From: Macrostomum lignano | Taxonomy: Eukaryota | Assembly: GCA_002269645.1 (NCBI GenBank) | Contig: NIVC01001194.1 | Location: 124,001 to 188,000 of the forward strand | DNA: 64,000 nucleotides | Reading direction: 5' to 3' | Shown here: piece after piece, positions 12,662-27,620 of the stretch | Numbering within the stretch: position 1 is the first letter of the stretch | Layout: the number at the start of each line of letters is the position of its first letter | The notes under the pieces: generated by a model | The model's database searches: none | What the model was told of the DNA's origin: nothing | Seen by the model: the letters and a program-made list of their open reading frames with translations, nothing else | Program-made: the position numbers and the translations under genes

Positions 12662-13828
12662 ATGACGCCTTCACTCCTCCTGACGCATCACTCCTCCTGA
12701 CGCATCAATCTTCCTGACACATCGCTCTTCCTGACACATCCCTCTTCCTGACACATCACTCTTCCTGACACATCACTCTTCCTGACACATCACTCTTCCT
12801 GACACATCACTCTTCCTGACACATCACTCTTCCTGACACATCACTCTTCCTGACACATCACTCTTCCTGACACATCACTCTTCCTGACACATCACTCTTC
12901 CTGACACATCACTCTTCCTGACACATCACTCTTCCTGACACATCACTCTTCCTGACACATCCCTCTTCCTGACACATCACTCTTCCTGACACATCAATCT
13001 TCCTGACACATCACTCTTCCTGACACATCACTCTTCCTGACACATCACTCTTCCTGACACATCACTCTTCCTGACACATCACTCTTCCTGACAAATCACT
13101 CTTCCTGACACATCACTCTTCCTGACACATCACTCTTCCTGACACATCACTCTTCCTGACACATCCCTCTTCCTGACACATCACTCTTCCTGACACATCA
13201 CTCTTCCTGACACATCCCTCTTCCTGACACATCACTCTTCCTGACACATCAATCTTCCTGACACATCACTCTTCCTGACACATCACTCTTCCTGACACAT
13301 CAATCTTCCTGACACATCACTCTTCCTGACACATCACTCTTCCTGACACATCAATCTTCCTGACACATCACTCTTCCTGACACATCAATCTTCCTGACAC
13401 ATCACTCTTCCTGACACATCACTCTTCCTGACACATCAATCTTCCTGACACATCACTCTTCCTGACACATCACTCTTCCTGACACATCAATCTTCCTGAC
13501 ACATCACTCTTCCTGACACATCACTTTTCCTGACACATCACTCTTCCTGACAAATCACTCTTCCTGACACATCACTTTTCCTGACACATCACTCTTCCTG
13601 ACAAATCACTCTTCCTGACACATCATCACTCTTTTTGAAGCATCAGTCTTCCTGACACATCACTCCTCCTGACACATCACTCCTCCTGACACATCACTCC
13701 TCATGACACATCAATCTTTCTGACACATCACTTTTCCTGAAGCATAACTCTTCCTGACACATCACTCTTCCTGACATATCATCCTTCCTGACACATCACT
13801 TCACCTAACATATCACTCTACCTGACAC
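12662..13828. repeat. 17-bp minisatellite (cactcttcctgacacat)
   Basis: About 68 tandem units. Confidence 0.95.
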
Positions 13829-14303
13829 CTTCTCCAGCTCCCTAAAACGCATGAACACTCCAGAATCCATATTCTAAAGAATACATAAATATTCTCTTGA
13901 TGATGAATACTATCTCTCAGCATCTATTGATGCGTATACAAGAGCTTGGATCAGCAGCTTGCATCTCTATTATCTTTTCAGCTCTCAATACCACTGGCAC
14001 CAGAGAGCTTATTGAGTCCACTCTGGGCAATGATCCGCCTCGCTTGGCATGAAGGACATTGGATTTTCTCCCAGGCATGCATGCTCTTGCCCGGCTATGC
14101 TCAGCCACGTGAGCAGTATCAATTAACAGCACATCTCAAGCCTTCACTACACCCGATGCGAGTCTTATCAACCCTCTCTAATGTTGCACTTCTCTTCTAG
14201 TGATAAGCTAAAAATAGAAACTAATGACCGCTGTCCTGATGTAACCGGTTAGTACAGATCATACATACTTCCGATGGGACAGCGATCGGACACGGAGCTT
14301 CAC

Positions 14304-14958
14304 TGACTGCACTACACTGACTGCAATCCATTGACTGCAATCCACTGGCTGTAATCCACTGACTGCAATCCACTGACTGCAATCCACTGACTGCAATCCA
14401 CTGACTGCAATCCACTGACTGCAATCCACTGACTGCAATCCACTGACTGCAATCCACCGATTGCAATCCACTGACTGCAATCCACTGACTGCAATCCACC
14501 GATTGCAATCCACTGACTGCAATCCACTGACTGCAATCCACCGATTGCAATCCACTGACTGCAATCCACTGACTGCAATCCACTGGCTGCAATCCACTGA
14601 CTGCAATCCACTGGCTGCAATCCACCGATTGCAATCCACTGACTGCAATCCACTGACTGCAATCCACTGACTGCAATCCACTGACTGCAATCCACTGGCT
14701 GCAATCCACTGACTGCAATCCACCGATTGCAATCCACTGACTGCAATCCACTGACTGCAATCCACCGATTGCAATCCACCGATTGCAATCCACTGACTGC
14801 AATCCACTGACTGCAATCCACTGACTGCAATCCACTGGCTGCAATCCACTGACTGCAATCCACTGGCTGCAATCCACTGACTGCAATCCACTGACTGCAA
14901 TCCACCGACTGCAATCCACTGACTGCAATCCACCGACTGCAATCCACTGACTGCAATC
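14304..14958. repeat. 14-bp minisatellite (gactgcaatccact)
   Basis: About 46 units. Confidence 0.95.
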
Positions 14959-16389
14959 TGCACGCATTCAAGATACATTCCAATTCACAGCAGCCACACT
15001 AAATTTATTGAATTAAATAAAAAGCCATCCAATATTTCATGGACACTGTAACTATGAAAGTTTTCTCTAAATTAAAAAGATGACATTTCAGGTCAGAACT
15101 TGAGCGCATTAGAAATAATTGAGCAATTTATTTACTCCAAATAAATTTTCTCTGAATTTGACCTCAAGGATGCACTAAACCGAGAATTTAGTGTGTAAAT
15201 ATTTTCTAACGCCAATGCCTTCTACATTATGCTTCACAATTTGCATTGAACTTTCACTGCGAAGAATGGCCCTAGAGACTAAAAGAAAATTGATATAATT
15301 TCATGGAAAATAGATGCGAGCTATGCTACTGAGATGCCAATCATATGCGAATTTTTGGCCCATTTTATGCAACAAAAACTGACTGCAAAAATTTAAAAGA
15401 CTTAGAATTGTTAATAATTAATAAATAAACAGTACATTAAAGGGCATAATTCATATATATATATATATAGCTTGAATCATATATAGTTATGAATGCTAAA
15501 GTTAATATAAAAATCGGTTTCGGGAAGCGGTATTTGACCCTGTACAAGGGACGCATTTATGCATATTTTAGGTGTCACACAAACGTATTGTTGACAAAAT
15601 TTTGACTAGCTAATTGTTTACAATGTTATCAGTAACCAACGCTAGAGTAAAGCTTCATAAATTCACCGTAATACATCAGCCTAATTACTCCAGTATGTCA
15701 CCCGTGTGTGATTGGTTGGTAGGTTTATTTAATTTCACACACGCCTACACTGAATCTTCAATCAATCATCAGTTGGTACCGTCCTGCTGTCCGTGATCTG
15801 TGCACTTAATTAATACCTTCACATGAGGCATTGGGACTGCTTTGAACCTGAAAGCGCCGGTCACAAAGCTGCAGTGAGCAGTCCCAGAAGTGAGTTTATA
15901 AACGAGTATATATGGTATCGTTTATATATACACGACAAAGAAGAAAAATCGGAGCCAAAAAAAACGGCGCAGATAACGTAGTGGCTTTGGGAAGGCAAGC
16001 AAGTCCGCTTTCGGGAGGCATCCATCACTGCCCGGGCTGGCGGGGTTGACAAAGTTAATTAGATAAAAAGAGGCGCTGGCCACGACACAAGAATACGCTA
16101 TAGGCCTCCGACATAGTGCAGAGATACATAAGCATTGGCTCTTGGTTTAGTATATAAGGACTAGCACCTATGCTCCTCACAAGGTGTCTGATTATTCGAT
16201 CAATAAGAGTAGCAGTGCTAGCTATACCCATTATTAATGATAATATTAATAACAAGCTCTAACCAGTAGCATGGCAGTGGGACTTGAAAGAGTACATGGG
16301 AACTATCCAGTACAATTCTATCCCAAAGGATCTTTCTTTATCCTGTTCTATAGACAATAATAATCGTACTTTAGAAGTAAATGCTAGAC

Positions 16390-16636
16390 TCTATAGCCCA
16401 TATACTGCCACCCATAGACTGCAACCCATAGACTGCAACCCATAGACTGCAAACCATAGACTGCAATCCATAAAACTGCAACCCATATACTGCCACTGAT
16501 ATATTGTAACCCATAGATTGCAACCCATAGACTGCAACCCATTGACTGCAACCCATAGACTGCAAACCATAGACTGCAAACCATAAACTGCAAACCGTAG
16601 GTTGCAAACCATAAACTGCAAACCATAGACTACAAC
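16390..16636. repeat. 14-bp minisatellite (gactgcaacccata)
   Basis: Same GACTGCAA core as the 14.3-kb array. Confidence 0.9.
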
Positions 16637-17236
16637 CTATGCTCCTCAAAATGTGTCTGTTTATTTGATTTATATGCAGTTGCAGTGCAAGCCTACTCAA
16701 TATTAGTTATAATGTTAATAATAATTACTATACTAAATATTATAGTTTCTAACTACTCGAGGGAGTGGGACGAGGAGTACCCAGAAAAATGTTATGTAAA
16801 TGAATCGCGCACATTTCTTATTTATTTATTTATCCACTAGACGGTTAGCAACTGCTGTGATGTGCAGAGACCTGCATGAAAAATATATATAGGGCAGAGA
16901 TACAGATGGATGGGCAGCAAACCAGGTCTGTCCAGATGCCTCTGTACAGTGTCCTGAATTCGGTTCATCAGCCAGTCAACTCACAACCCCGCATCTGACA
17001 GGAACAAGCACTACATGTGTCAGTGTCTGGTATGAATCAAATTTTCACATCCAATAGCAACATCTGCTCCTGTGACAATTTTGGCCAATGATTTCTAGAT
17101 TAAACGGTCAGGAGTACAGAATCCAGTCAATTCAGGCATTCATCTCAGTTTGAGGGCCATAAATCTTTGGATGACAGTTCATCATTTTTGTGTGATCTTA
17201 CTGGCTTAAACCGTGTGTTACTATTGATTTGTTAAG

Positions 17237-17520
17237 CTCACTCACTCATTCACTCACTCACTCACTCACTCACTCACTCACTCACTCACTCACTCACTCA
17301 CTCACTCACTCACTCGCTCACTCACTCACTCACTCACTCACTCACTCACTCACTCACTCACTCACTCACTCACTCACTCACTCACTCACTCACTCACTCA
17401 CTCACTCACTCACTCACTCACTCACTCACTCACTCACTCACTCACTCACTCACTCACTCACTCACTCACTCACTCACTCACTCACTCACTCACTCACTCA
17501 CTCATTCATTCACTCATTCA
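17237..17520. repeat. (CACT)n microsatellite
   Basis: About 70 units. Confidence 0.97.
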
Positions 17521-17948
17521 CCAAGTCACTCATCAAAGAAGTAAGACTTCTTGAAATTCTGTTATAACTGATAACTGATAAGAGATTCCCACTTCCCTGT
17601 GCCTGACACGGAAAGCCATTCCAGCGCAGGACAGCTGCTTTTCGATCTGATCCGAAATTAAAACGCTATGAAGTGTCGGTTAAATTTCGGAAATCGACTG
17701 TCACGAGACTCCCGAAGCTTCATCAGTAAGGTAAATTAATCTAGAGGAAAACAGCTTCTTGAATCGAATTTCGATCCACTAGAAAGATTACTTTTGAGGC
17801 TGTTGATTCTACGGAAAAATAAAAGACGAAACAATCACGTGACCCCTTGCAGAGACACGAAACTCCAGTAACGAAATGCTTTCACGAAAAGCAGCAACTT
17901 ACGGTTTCCAGCCTATGGGTAGGAGTGAGTGGATGACTGAGTAAGGAA

Positions 17949-18365
17949 GACTGCAACCCATAGACTGCAAACCAAGGACTGCAACTCATAGATTGCAACC
18001 CATACACTGCATACCATTGACTGCAAACCATAGACTGCAGCCCATATGCTGCAAACCATTGACTGCAACCCATACACTGCAAACCATCGACTGCAAACCA
18101 TAGACGGCAAACCATAGACTGCAACCCATATGCTGCAAACCATAGACTGCAACCCATACACTGCAAACCATCGACTGCAAACCATAGACGGCAAACCATA
18201 GACTGCAACCCATATGCTGCAAACCATAGACTGCAACCCATACATGTAAATTGCAACCCATACACCGCAAACCATACACTGCAACCCATACACCGCAAAC
18301 CATAGACTGCAACCGATAAACTGCAACCCATTGGCTGCAAATCATAAACTGCAAAACCAAAGACT
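17949..18365. repeat. 14-bp minisatellite (gactgcaaaccata)
   Basis: Same family as the 16.4-kb array. Confidence 0.9.
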
Positions 18366-18826
18366 ACAAAAATAAAAAACGAGTAAAGTCCACAAGCCAT
18401 AAAAGAATTTCCACAATTTCCATTAACTAATTACCACAATTTTAGGCTTTTCTCTAACTTTGATTCCTCCGTCACATCAGTTTTAATTATTCGTACTCAA
18501 GATTGTATCGCAAGGTCAAGGATTTGAATGGAATTAGTGATACAACCGCAGTTTTAGCTGTATTGGACTGATCATTTTATTAAATGGAATGTTTTATGTT
18601 TATCTGCTTCAATGTACTATTATAGGCTAACATGAGACATCGAGGGGCTTTCAGACATCAACAGCGAATCAAACCTTGGGCAGTAGGCTCGACTTTGATT
18701 CAAAAAGGAAACCTTTCATAATTGATCAATAATATAATATACAGATGTGAAATCTGTTTACGGAAAATACCTCACAGTCAACATAAGGATCAAGAAAACG
18801 GCACATGTTCTGGACACTTCTAGTCC

Positions 18827-19525
18827 TTGAAATTTTACCCCTTGAGATTCTACCCCTTGAGATTCTACCCCTTGGAGAGTCTACCCCTAGGAGACTCTAC
18901 CCCTTAGAGATTCTACCCCTTGGAGATTCTACCCCTTGGAGATTCTACCCCTTGGAGATTCTACCCCTTGGAGATTCCACCTCTTGAGATTCTAACCCTT
19001 GGAGATTCTACCCCTTGAAGATTCTAGCCCTTGGAGGTTCTACCCCTTGGAGATTTTACCCCTTGGAGATTCTACCCCTGGAGATTCTACCCCTTGAGAT
19101 TCTAGCCCTTAAGATTCTAGCCCTTGAGATTCTAGCCCTTGAGATTCTAACCCTTGAAGATTCTACCCCTTGGAGATTCTACCCCTTGGAGATTCTACCC
19201 CTTGAAGATTCTACCCCTTGGAGATTCTACCCCTTGGAGATTCTACCCCTTGAAGATTCTACCCCTTGGAGATTCTACCCCTTGGAGATTCTACCCCTTG
19301 AAGATTCTACCCCTTGGAGATTCTACCCCTTGGAGATTCTACCCCTTGGAGATTCTACCCCTTGAAGATTCTACCCCTTGGAGATTCTACCCCTTGGAGA
19401 TTCTACCCCTTGGAGATTCTACCCCTTGGAGATTCTACCCCTTGGAGATTCTACCCCTTGGAGATTCTACCCCTTGGAGATTCTACCCCTTGGAGATTCT
19501 ACCCCTTGGAGATTCTACCCTTTGA
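18827..19525. repeat. 16-bp minisatellite (gagattctaccccttg)
   Basis: About 44 units with 15/16-bp variants. Confidence 0.95.
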
Positions 19526-20394
19526 AATTCCCACTATAAACTCAGCGATCCTTCAAATCCACTCCCTATGTTGTCAGGAGGAAGTCTTGTTCGAGAGTAA
19601 AACTGCTAATAATATCGCTCTGGTCAGTTGTCAAGGGACTGGCGGGTACTTGGCGTCGAACCAGTGAGCAACTCGGCATGCGTTTTTCCTCAGCTCAGAG
19701 CATCGGCAAATGGCTGGAGAACTCAGATCTCTGAGGCGGAGGGCAGCCAGACTGTCAGGACTATTGTCTTGACGCTTCCCCCCACCCGACTGCTTCCTCT
19801 TGCCTCCCCTGACGCGCACAAAAAGCCCTCTCAATCATGCGCTGAGAGTCAGTTGGGAGAGCTCAGCTCCTCCTGCCAGTATAATTGAAGCATTTTCAAT
19901 GCACACAGCTCAATCGGAGAACCTGTATGCGTTGCCTCAGCCCTGCTCGGGTTGGAAATTTGGAAATAAGCTCGCTGGGGCACCGCCCTCCACACATTTT
20001 GCCCCCCCCCCCGGTTAGCTGCACCTCAAGCTCTCGGGGTCCGGCGTGAGCTGACGGCTGCCCACCTCAACCCATGGAATCCATAAAAGCTATCTGGGAA
20101 GCGAGAGTGTGTGGCTGGGGGGTTGGCCGGGGCTAAGTAAAGTTACTCTTTGACTTTCTGAGCATTGAGTACGTCAGGGCTTCAAGTGCGGAGGGATTGT
20201 AACGGAGAGAATTGAAAGGTTTTACAGGGGAAGGTGGGACGTTTAAGTGTCATGGGGGGCTGTTTGCAGTTTTGAATTGCCTTAGTAGAAAGTGGCCAAC
20301 TCAGAGTTATGGGGGCTTCAATATCTGTGCTAGTGAAGTGCAGTTCAATGGCTTACTCGGTTTGATCTGCTGAGTCAATTAAAGCTTACAATGT

Positions 20395-20657
<263 letters not shown>

Positions 20658-20736
20658 TTCCCAAAGTCAAGTCAAAGCTTTCGATACAAAAGTTTACAAG
20701 CGCCTAGAATTCTGAAACTTTTCCCGAACAGCTGGT

Positions 20737-20960
20737 GTGAAATCGGGGGTTGTTAAGCAGGGTTCCCAGTTTACAGACAAAATCTTGAAGGCTGTCGTGA
20801 CCTCCCGATCGGGTTTTCAAATGTCAACCAAGAAAAAGCATGGGCTACAGGAACCTTGGCAAACATATTTGACAACTGTGAAACATTTTTTCAAATCATC
20901 TGCAGTACGAACTGGATATCTAGATGAAGTAGTCGCAACAGAATGAGGCTGGAAATGCGC
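20737..20960 (+). mobile_element. Degenerate non-LTR retrotransposon (RTE/CR1-like) reverse transcriptase remnant
   Basis: Translation SGVVKQG...GFQMSTKK...TVKHFFK...GYLDEVVAT resembles the LINE RT motifs GVRQG, GLxIxxKKT and VxxFKYLGS..DGxLDxEI. Recognised by eye only. Confidence 0.4.
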
Positions 20961-21933
20961 AGTGACCTTGACTATATTTGTCACACTTTAAATTCAAACC
21001 TTCCCAAAATCAGCGCTGGCTTAATTAATGAATGACTACACCGGGACTACATTTCATATCTCCATCTCTAAATCTCCTAGCTACAGTTTCTGTCCATCTG
21101 AAATATTCCAATACATTTTTCTCGGAGTACTGATCCCCTCAGCCTGTCCCGTACCCCCGGAGACGGATTTCATTCCCAAAGTGGGAAGGGAGATTCATCC
21201 CTCACGCACAAGCAGAGACTGAGCAACTGGAGCTTATAGGCTGGGTATTAGTGCTGGCCTCTTAATTTAATCAGCTGAGATAAAAATGAACTCAAACCCG
21301 CCGCCCTAGGGTGGACTTTGAACCCCGAATCGGCAGCCTCACCCCCCCCCCCGACTTCCCTTCTCACTTCCTCATTTCCCCGCCACACACAGCGGCGCTA
21401 CACTGGTGTGTAGGCGGCCACCTTTGATGGCGAGTCTAATGAAAACTCTGAAAGGAGCTCGAGGTCTGAAAAAGACGTTTAATCTAGCCTGCCTGCTATA
21501 TTAGTTAGTACTTTTATAATATGCAAACCGTGCCGACCTGTCTACTTTGTTTATCATGCGCAACTAAACGCTGGTGTGCGCGAAATATTAACCAGGGGGT
21601 TGTCGTGCGACTTACGAAACGGCCATTATTACACCATTTGGCGACTCTACCGGTAGATTCTTCCAATTGATAAGGGCAGGCATAATGCTATGATGTATCA
21701 AACTAATTAAAAGTTTATGACTAAGTTATACGTAGGCTCGCTAATTATCTTATCTAATTACTAGAAATTCAACTGCCCCTCGCCACGCTTAATCAATGTA
21801 CAGCATACTCCCTGCCCAAATGACTAATCAGTTTACCCACCCCATCTCTCGTCCAATCAAATCAAATTTAAAGGTTTGAAATAATGAATGGCCGCTCAAA
21901 TGTGTGTTCAATTGACAATGCGCTTGTAAAGTA

Positions 21934-22421
21934 GACTCAGCAACAGTCAAAAGTTCCATCCAAAGGAACAGACTGAGCCGATGCTGTTAGTTAACTGAAA
22001 AAACAGCTACAACTGCACACTCTGGGTGGGCCTTCCCGATTCCCCAGACATGAATCCCATCGAGCATGTCTGCAGGGACTTCCTAAACCGCAGCATTCGA
22101 AACTAGAATCCACCACAGAATGTTGCGGAGCTGCGTCACGCCATTGAAAACGCTTGGCAGCAGCTTCGACAGGACGCCCCAGGGATGCCCCGCAGAGGGG
22201 ATCCCACACGCGTTATTGCGATTCTAACTGCATATTGCATAAAAAAATAAGTTCACAATGATTTTGTGCGACTGACGTTTACTATTGATTCAATCAACTT
22301 TCCCTTCCTCGCCGCGGCTTAGTTGCGTGACTTGAGGTTGCATTGTGAGTGAGAAGTTGTCACAATAGGTGCAAAAATTTTCATCTTGCTTGGAGGATAA
22401 AACTTTTGACTGTTGCGGAGT
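21934..22421 (+). mobile_element. Internally deleted Tc1/mariner DNA transposon
   Basis: Perfect 16-bp inverted repeat gcaacagtcaaaagtt (21940-21955 and 22401-22416), extending imperfectly on both sides. The interior encodes frameshifted WPSR.PDMNPIEHV, PPQNVAELRHAIENAWQQL and G.HTRY, typical of a Tc1 transposase C-terminus. Confidence 0.75.
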
Positions 22422-23180
22422 TGAACAGTGGCCAGAAACACTCGTGCGATCCACCATCGTGGCGCCATGTCGCCGACGGCGTTGCACCCGGGTGCCCGCA
22501 GTCATCCTTCGAACCTTAATGCTCAATTTTACATCGTCCAATGCCCACTTGACCTTGACCTGTACCGGCTGGCCAGGTGTAGTGATAAAACTCAAGATAA
22601 GCCCGAGCACCCCTGGCGGGAATCGGGTGGGCACCGGTTGTAAATCAAGTATTTATTCGAGCCGTTCGAGCTGCGACCCCCCCCCCCCACACACACAAAG
22701 GAGTTATCTGATTTGCTTGCTTGCCGAGATTCTGCAGGCAACAGCTGAAATCTTGCGATTAAATTCCCAGATCCCCAGTTGCACTTCCTGTCTGAGCTGC
22801 ATGCTTTGACTTGAGTCCTGCTGTCATTTGTAGTGGCCAGTGCAGCTCATGTTGCAATGAGATTTCTTGGTCCACTTGATATCGAAAAAAGTTTATCAAT
22901 CACAATATTGCTTGTAACCAAATTGTGAAGTAATAATTTGGGCCCGTGAAAATCTTCGTAATTAGATAATCTCAAATTGAAGATCTGACACTTACTGACA
23001 CTTGATGTCAGAGCGAAAATTTCGATTTTGTACCAATTTTTAATAAAAAATGATTGATAATGATGCATGATTCAAATTCGGAAGACTGAAGGACTAGAAA
23101 AGTAAGGCAAGATGGGACACGCAAAATACAGATACTTAAGATACCATAAAGATAAAGATGAGAAAGAAAGAAGACAATAC

Positions 23181-23275
23181 AGAGACACATCAGAGACACA
23201 TCAGAGATACATCAGAGACACATCAGAGACACATCAGAGACACATCAGAGACACATCAGAGACACATCAGAGACA
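23181..23275. repeat. 11-bp tandem repeat (acatcagagac)
   Basis: About 8 units; shares cagagacat with the 15-bp array. Confidence 0.85.
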
Positions 23276-23881
23276 GACCAGAGGCAGGAACGAGGGCAGA
23301 TGAAGGTCTTACGGGAAGATTTAGAGATCACAAGAGTGAGGCGATCGATACCGAAGACAGTGTTCTCAGATCACCCTATGCAGCTGAGAGAATGGTGCTA
23401 AGCCTATAGCTTGAAAAGGGCTGAAATTCTGCCACAAAGGACACTAAGAGACAGTCAGATTAAGAAGGTGGCGAGGAGCAGCGGGTATACTGGGATTTGG
23501 GAAGCAGCCGTTTCATCTAGCAAAGGATTCGAATCCCCAGATCCATAGTGGCCACACCCTTGGCAAATACGCGGCTGAGGACCTGCCGACCTCCCTAAGC
23601 CTGAGAGCTCCAATAGCGATTTTCGTCTAAAATATTTTTTATTAATTTAGAAGCACAACCCACAGATGAGAAGAATTGAAAACAGATATACTGGCTTTGC
23701 ATTTTTCTCTATTAAATTAGAAATGCCCATTCACCTTAATGAAAGGGAAAATTTCGATTGCAGTTTAATGGGGAAAGAATGGGATATAGCTGAGACTAGG
23801 GAGCATCTCCACTTTTATTAATTTACTAGTCATGTTATATAAATATAGTATAAACACCGGTACACACCGCATGCTATCAAC

Positions 23882-24142
23882 TGGCGCCATTATCTACCTG
23901 TACAAGTGGCGCCATTTTCTACCTCTAAGACTGGCGCCATTATCTAACCTGTATTTGAATGGCGCCATTATCTACCTATAATTGAATGGTGCCATTATCT
24001 ATCTGTAATTAATTGACGCCATTATCTACCTGTAATTGAATGGCGCCATTATCTACCTGTAATTGAATAGCGCCATTATCTACCTGTAATTGAATAGCGC
24101 CATTATCTACCTGTAATTGAATAGCGCCATTATCTACCTGTA
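23882..24142. repeat. 27-bp minisatellite (ggcgccattatctacctgtaattgaat)
   Basis: About 10 units. Confidence 0.9.
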
Positions 24143-24741
24143 AGAGAATTCTTCCTTTATTTCCCTAAGTACGTCAAAAAGCAGTTGCCCAGGGGAAGGA
24201 AAAAGGAAATTCGATTTCAACTTACAGTTTCGCTGCCAACGCAGAGCTGCAGGACTTTCCAATTAAATAAACAAAGTTCGCTCTGCCCTATTAGCAGGCC
24301 GATCATTTCTGTCAGCAGTGAGCGGTGAGCTAATCTGTGACTAATTGAGTCACCTGACATTGCGAGCCATGCGCTCAAATCTGAAAGCTCTTTTTATTCC
24401 TGCTTAGCAAAGTGCTGGCAAATCCTGTTCTATGCTCGGTGGAAAGAAAGGGTTTTTTAATCCTCTTAGCCGTGCAGTAGGCGAACTTGAGGGGATTTTA
24501 TTGGGCAGCCAATGGGAACTGAGCTGCCTCATTTTATTCCTCAGACCCAGGGCTAAAACATGCGCGGCGCTAGTGAAAACAGAACCTGCCTTCACAAACA
24601 ATGAGACAATGAAAATTTCAATTTTACATTTGCATTGTCAGACAGACTGACTGGGTGCATTTCTGCCGGCTGTGGAACAACTGCAGTGCCTAGGGATTAA
24701 TGAATGCAAAGAATTAGTCCCTGTTCGACTAGGCTCTGTTC

Positions 24742-25090
24742 ATCCCCATCCCTCAGATCCCTTTATTGCCATCCCTCAGATCCCTTCATTACCATCCCTC
24801 AGATCCCTTCATTCCCATCCCTCAGATCCCTTCATTACCATCCCTCAGATCCCTTCATTACCATCCCTCAGATCCCTTCATTACCATCCCTCAGATCCCT
24901 TCATTCCCTTCACTCAGCTCCCTTCATTCCCATCACTCAGCTCCCTTCATTCCCATCACTCAGCTCCCTTCATTCCCATCACTCAGCTCCCTTCATTCCC
25001 ATCACTCAGCTCCCTTCATTCCCATCACTCAGCTCCCTTCATTCCCATCACTCAGCTCCCTTCATTCCCATCACTCAGCTCCCTTTATTA
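24742..25090. repeat. 23-bp minisatellite (ctcagmtcccttcattmccatcm)
   Basis: About 15 units, with two sub-variants in succession. Confidence 0.9.
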
Positions 25091-26096
25091 CTTCTCCTTG
25101 CTTCATTACTCTTCTTTCAAATCCCTTCTTCCCCAGCCCTCAGCCCCTTACTTGCAATTCTGCAAAAAAAACTAAACATTTGCTTCCCAGATTCACATGA
25201 GCAGCTTCATCAACTCGGGCTCGGTCGCGCGTGCGCAAGAAGTAATGATAATTACTGAGACGGACCGATTTGTCCATATTCGATGCGCCCGCAGGTGCCA
25301 CACACCGCGGCTCTAATTGCTATAATTATTGCAGAGCCGCCCAGCTAGAAGAAGACGCAGAAGGAAAACAGGCAGACTGAAAAGCAGAAAGAGGTACTTT
25401 CCTTGCTGCGCAGGTGGCAGCAGCCCGGTAATGCACTCGGAGCAGATGCGCTCAAGTGCGAGGCTTGTCATTTCGGCTGCCTTCGTCTCAACAAAACGAA
25501 TAAGACACGGCAGGCGGAGCTCCCGATGTAAAAAGAAGAAGGAAAAGAAGAGAGGAAGAAGGGGGGAGGCTGAGTGAGTTTGCGAGGCAGACAGAAAGAC
25601 AGACAGACAGACAGACAAGAGGCTGCACTTGATTGATGGAGCGCCATCTGCATGGCGGTTACCGCCAGCATTTTCGCCGCAGCTGCTGGCTGAGCAGCCA
25701 GTCTTTATTACACGGGGAGGGGAAGCCCCATACATACTGAGGATCCGCTGCGGCTGGGAGGAATCTCCCCAGTCCAGACAGACGGCGGGGGTCGGGAAGG
25801 GGCGGCTTCAGAAGAGAAAGCAGACTGGTTACAAAGAAGTCGCGGTAAGACAGGAAAACCGACTGAAATTTACAGCCAGGGGTCACGCAAACCGGGAAGC
25901 AGCGAGAGCCGTAGAGTGGATACTGCGGCCTGTGCAGGAGGAATTAGGCCTGAAGAGGGAGTTAAAAGGCGAATTAGGACTCAAAAGCAGAATTGCCTAC
26001 TCAAAGTTAGGCATGCAAATGAGACACGGTCAGCTGATGAACTCAAATTTGGATAGAGTTTAGGATCAAAGCAATAACGAAAGTGTTTATGAAGCA

Positions 26097-26370
<274 letters not shown>

Positions 26371-26815
26371 ACCTGGGCTCACACACGTATGAATCGCTAA
26401 TTGCCGCACTCCTATTTGGACAGGTGGATCCCCGCTGCTTGGATAAAAATAGCTCCTAGTCTTCACTAATGATAGGACGGACCAGTGCATAGAGAAGCTG
26501 ACAAATGATGAGGTGAGCAGGGTTCTTTTCATCCGATATTATCTTGTCAGGGCTTCGAATTCGGGGTCTTCTGGGCATCGGGTGTCGCCAGACAGGTCAA
26601 TGGCGTGTGTCTGGCTGGGTTTTCTTGTTCCAAATAGGCCTCTGTTATTGAACTAGTTATGTAGCTCGTAATCATTGATTCACTTTTTATCGGGTTATGC
26701 GTGATAAGGACTAGCGAATATTCTATTTTCGATCGATATACATCCAGGGCTTTAGGCATGGGACTGAGTGTCTTGGGGACATATGAGGGTCACTTTGAGA
26801 TCATAAAAGGTCACG

Positions 26816-27620
26816 TGGAATCTTGTGGATCAATTGGAATCTTTTGGACCAGTTGGAATCTTGTGGATCAATTGGAATCTTATGGACCAGTTGGAATCTT
26901 GTGGACCACTTGTAATCTTGTGGACCACTTGGAATTTTGTGGATCAGTTGGAATCTTGTGGATCAGTTGGAATCTTGTGGATCAGTTGGAATCTTGTGGA
27001 TCAGTTGGAATCTTGTGGATCAGTTGGAATCTTGTGGATCAGTTGGAATCTTGTGGATCAGTTGGAATCTTGTGGATCAATTGGAATCTTGTGGATCAAT
27101 TGGAATCTTGTGGACCACTTGTAATCTTGTGGACCAGTTGGAATCTTGTGGACCACTTGGAATCTTGTGGATCAGTTGGAATCTTGTGGACCACTTGTAA
27201 TCTTGTGGACCAGTTGGAATCTTGTGGACCAGTTGGAATCTTGTGGACCAGTTGGAATTTTGTGGACCAGTTGGAATCTTGTGGACCAGTTGGAATCTTG
27301 TGGACCAGTTGGAATCTTGTGGACCAGTTGGAATCTTGTGGACCAGTTGGAATCTTGTGGACCAGTTGGAATTTTGTGGACCAGTTGGAATCTTGTGGAC
27401 CAGTTGGAATCTTGTGGACCAGTTGGAATTTTGTGGACCAGTTGGAATCTTGTGGACCAGTTGGAATCTTGTGGACCAGTTGGAATCTTGTGGACCAGTT
27501 GGAATCTTGTGGACCAGTTGGAATCTTGTGGACCAGTTGGAATTTTGTGGACCAGTTGGAATCTTGTGGACCAGTTGGAATCTTGTGGATCACTTGGAAT
27601 CTTGTGGACCAGTTGGAATC
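26816..27620. repeat. 19-bp minisatellite (tggaatcttgtggaccagt)
   Basis: About 42 units. Confidence 0.95.
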
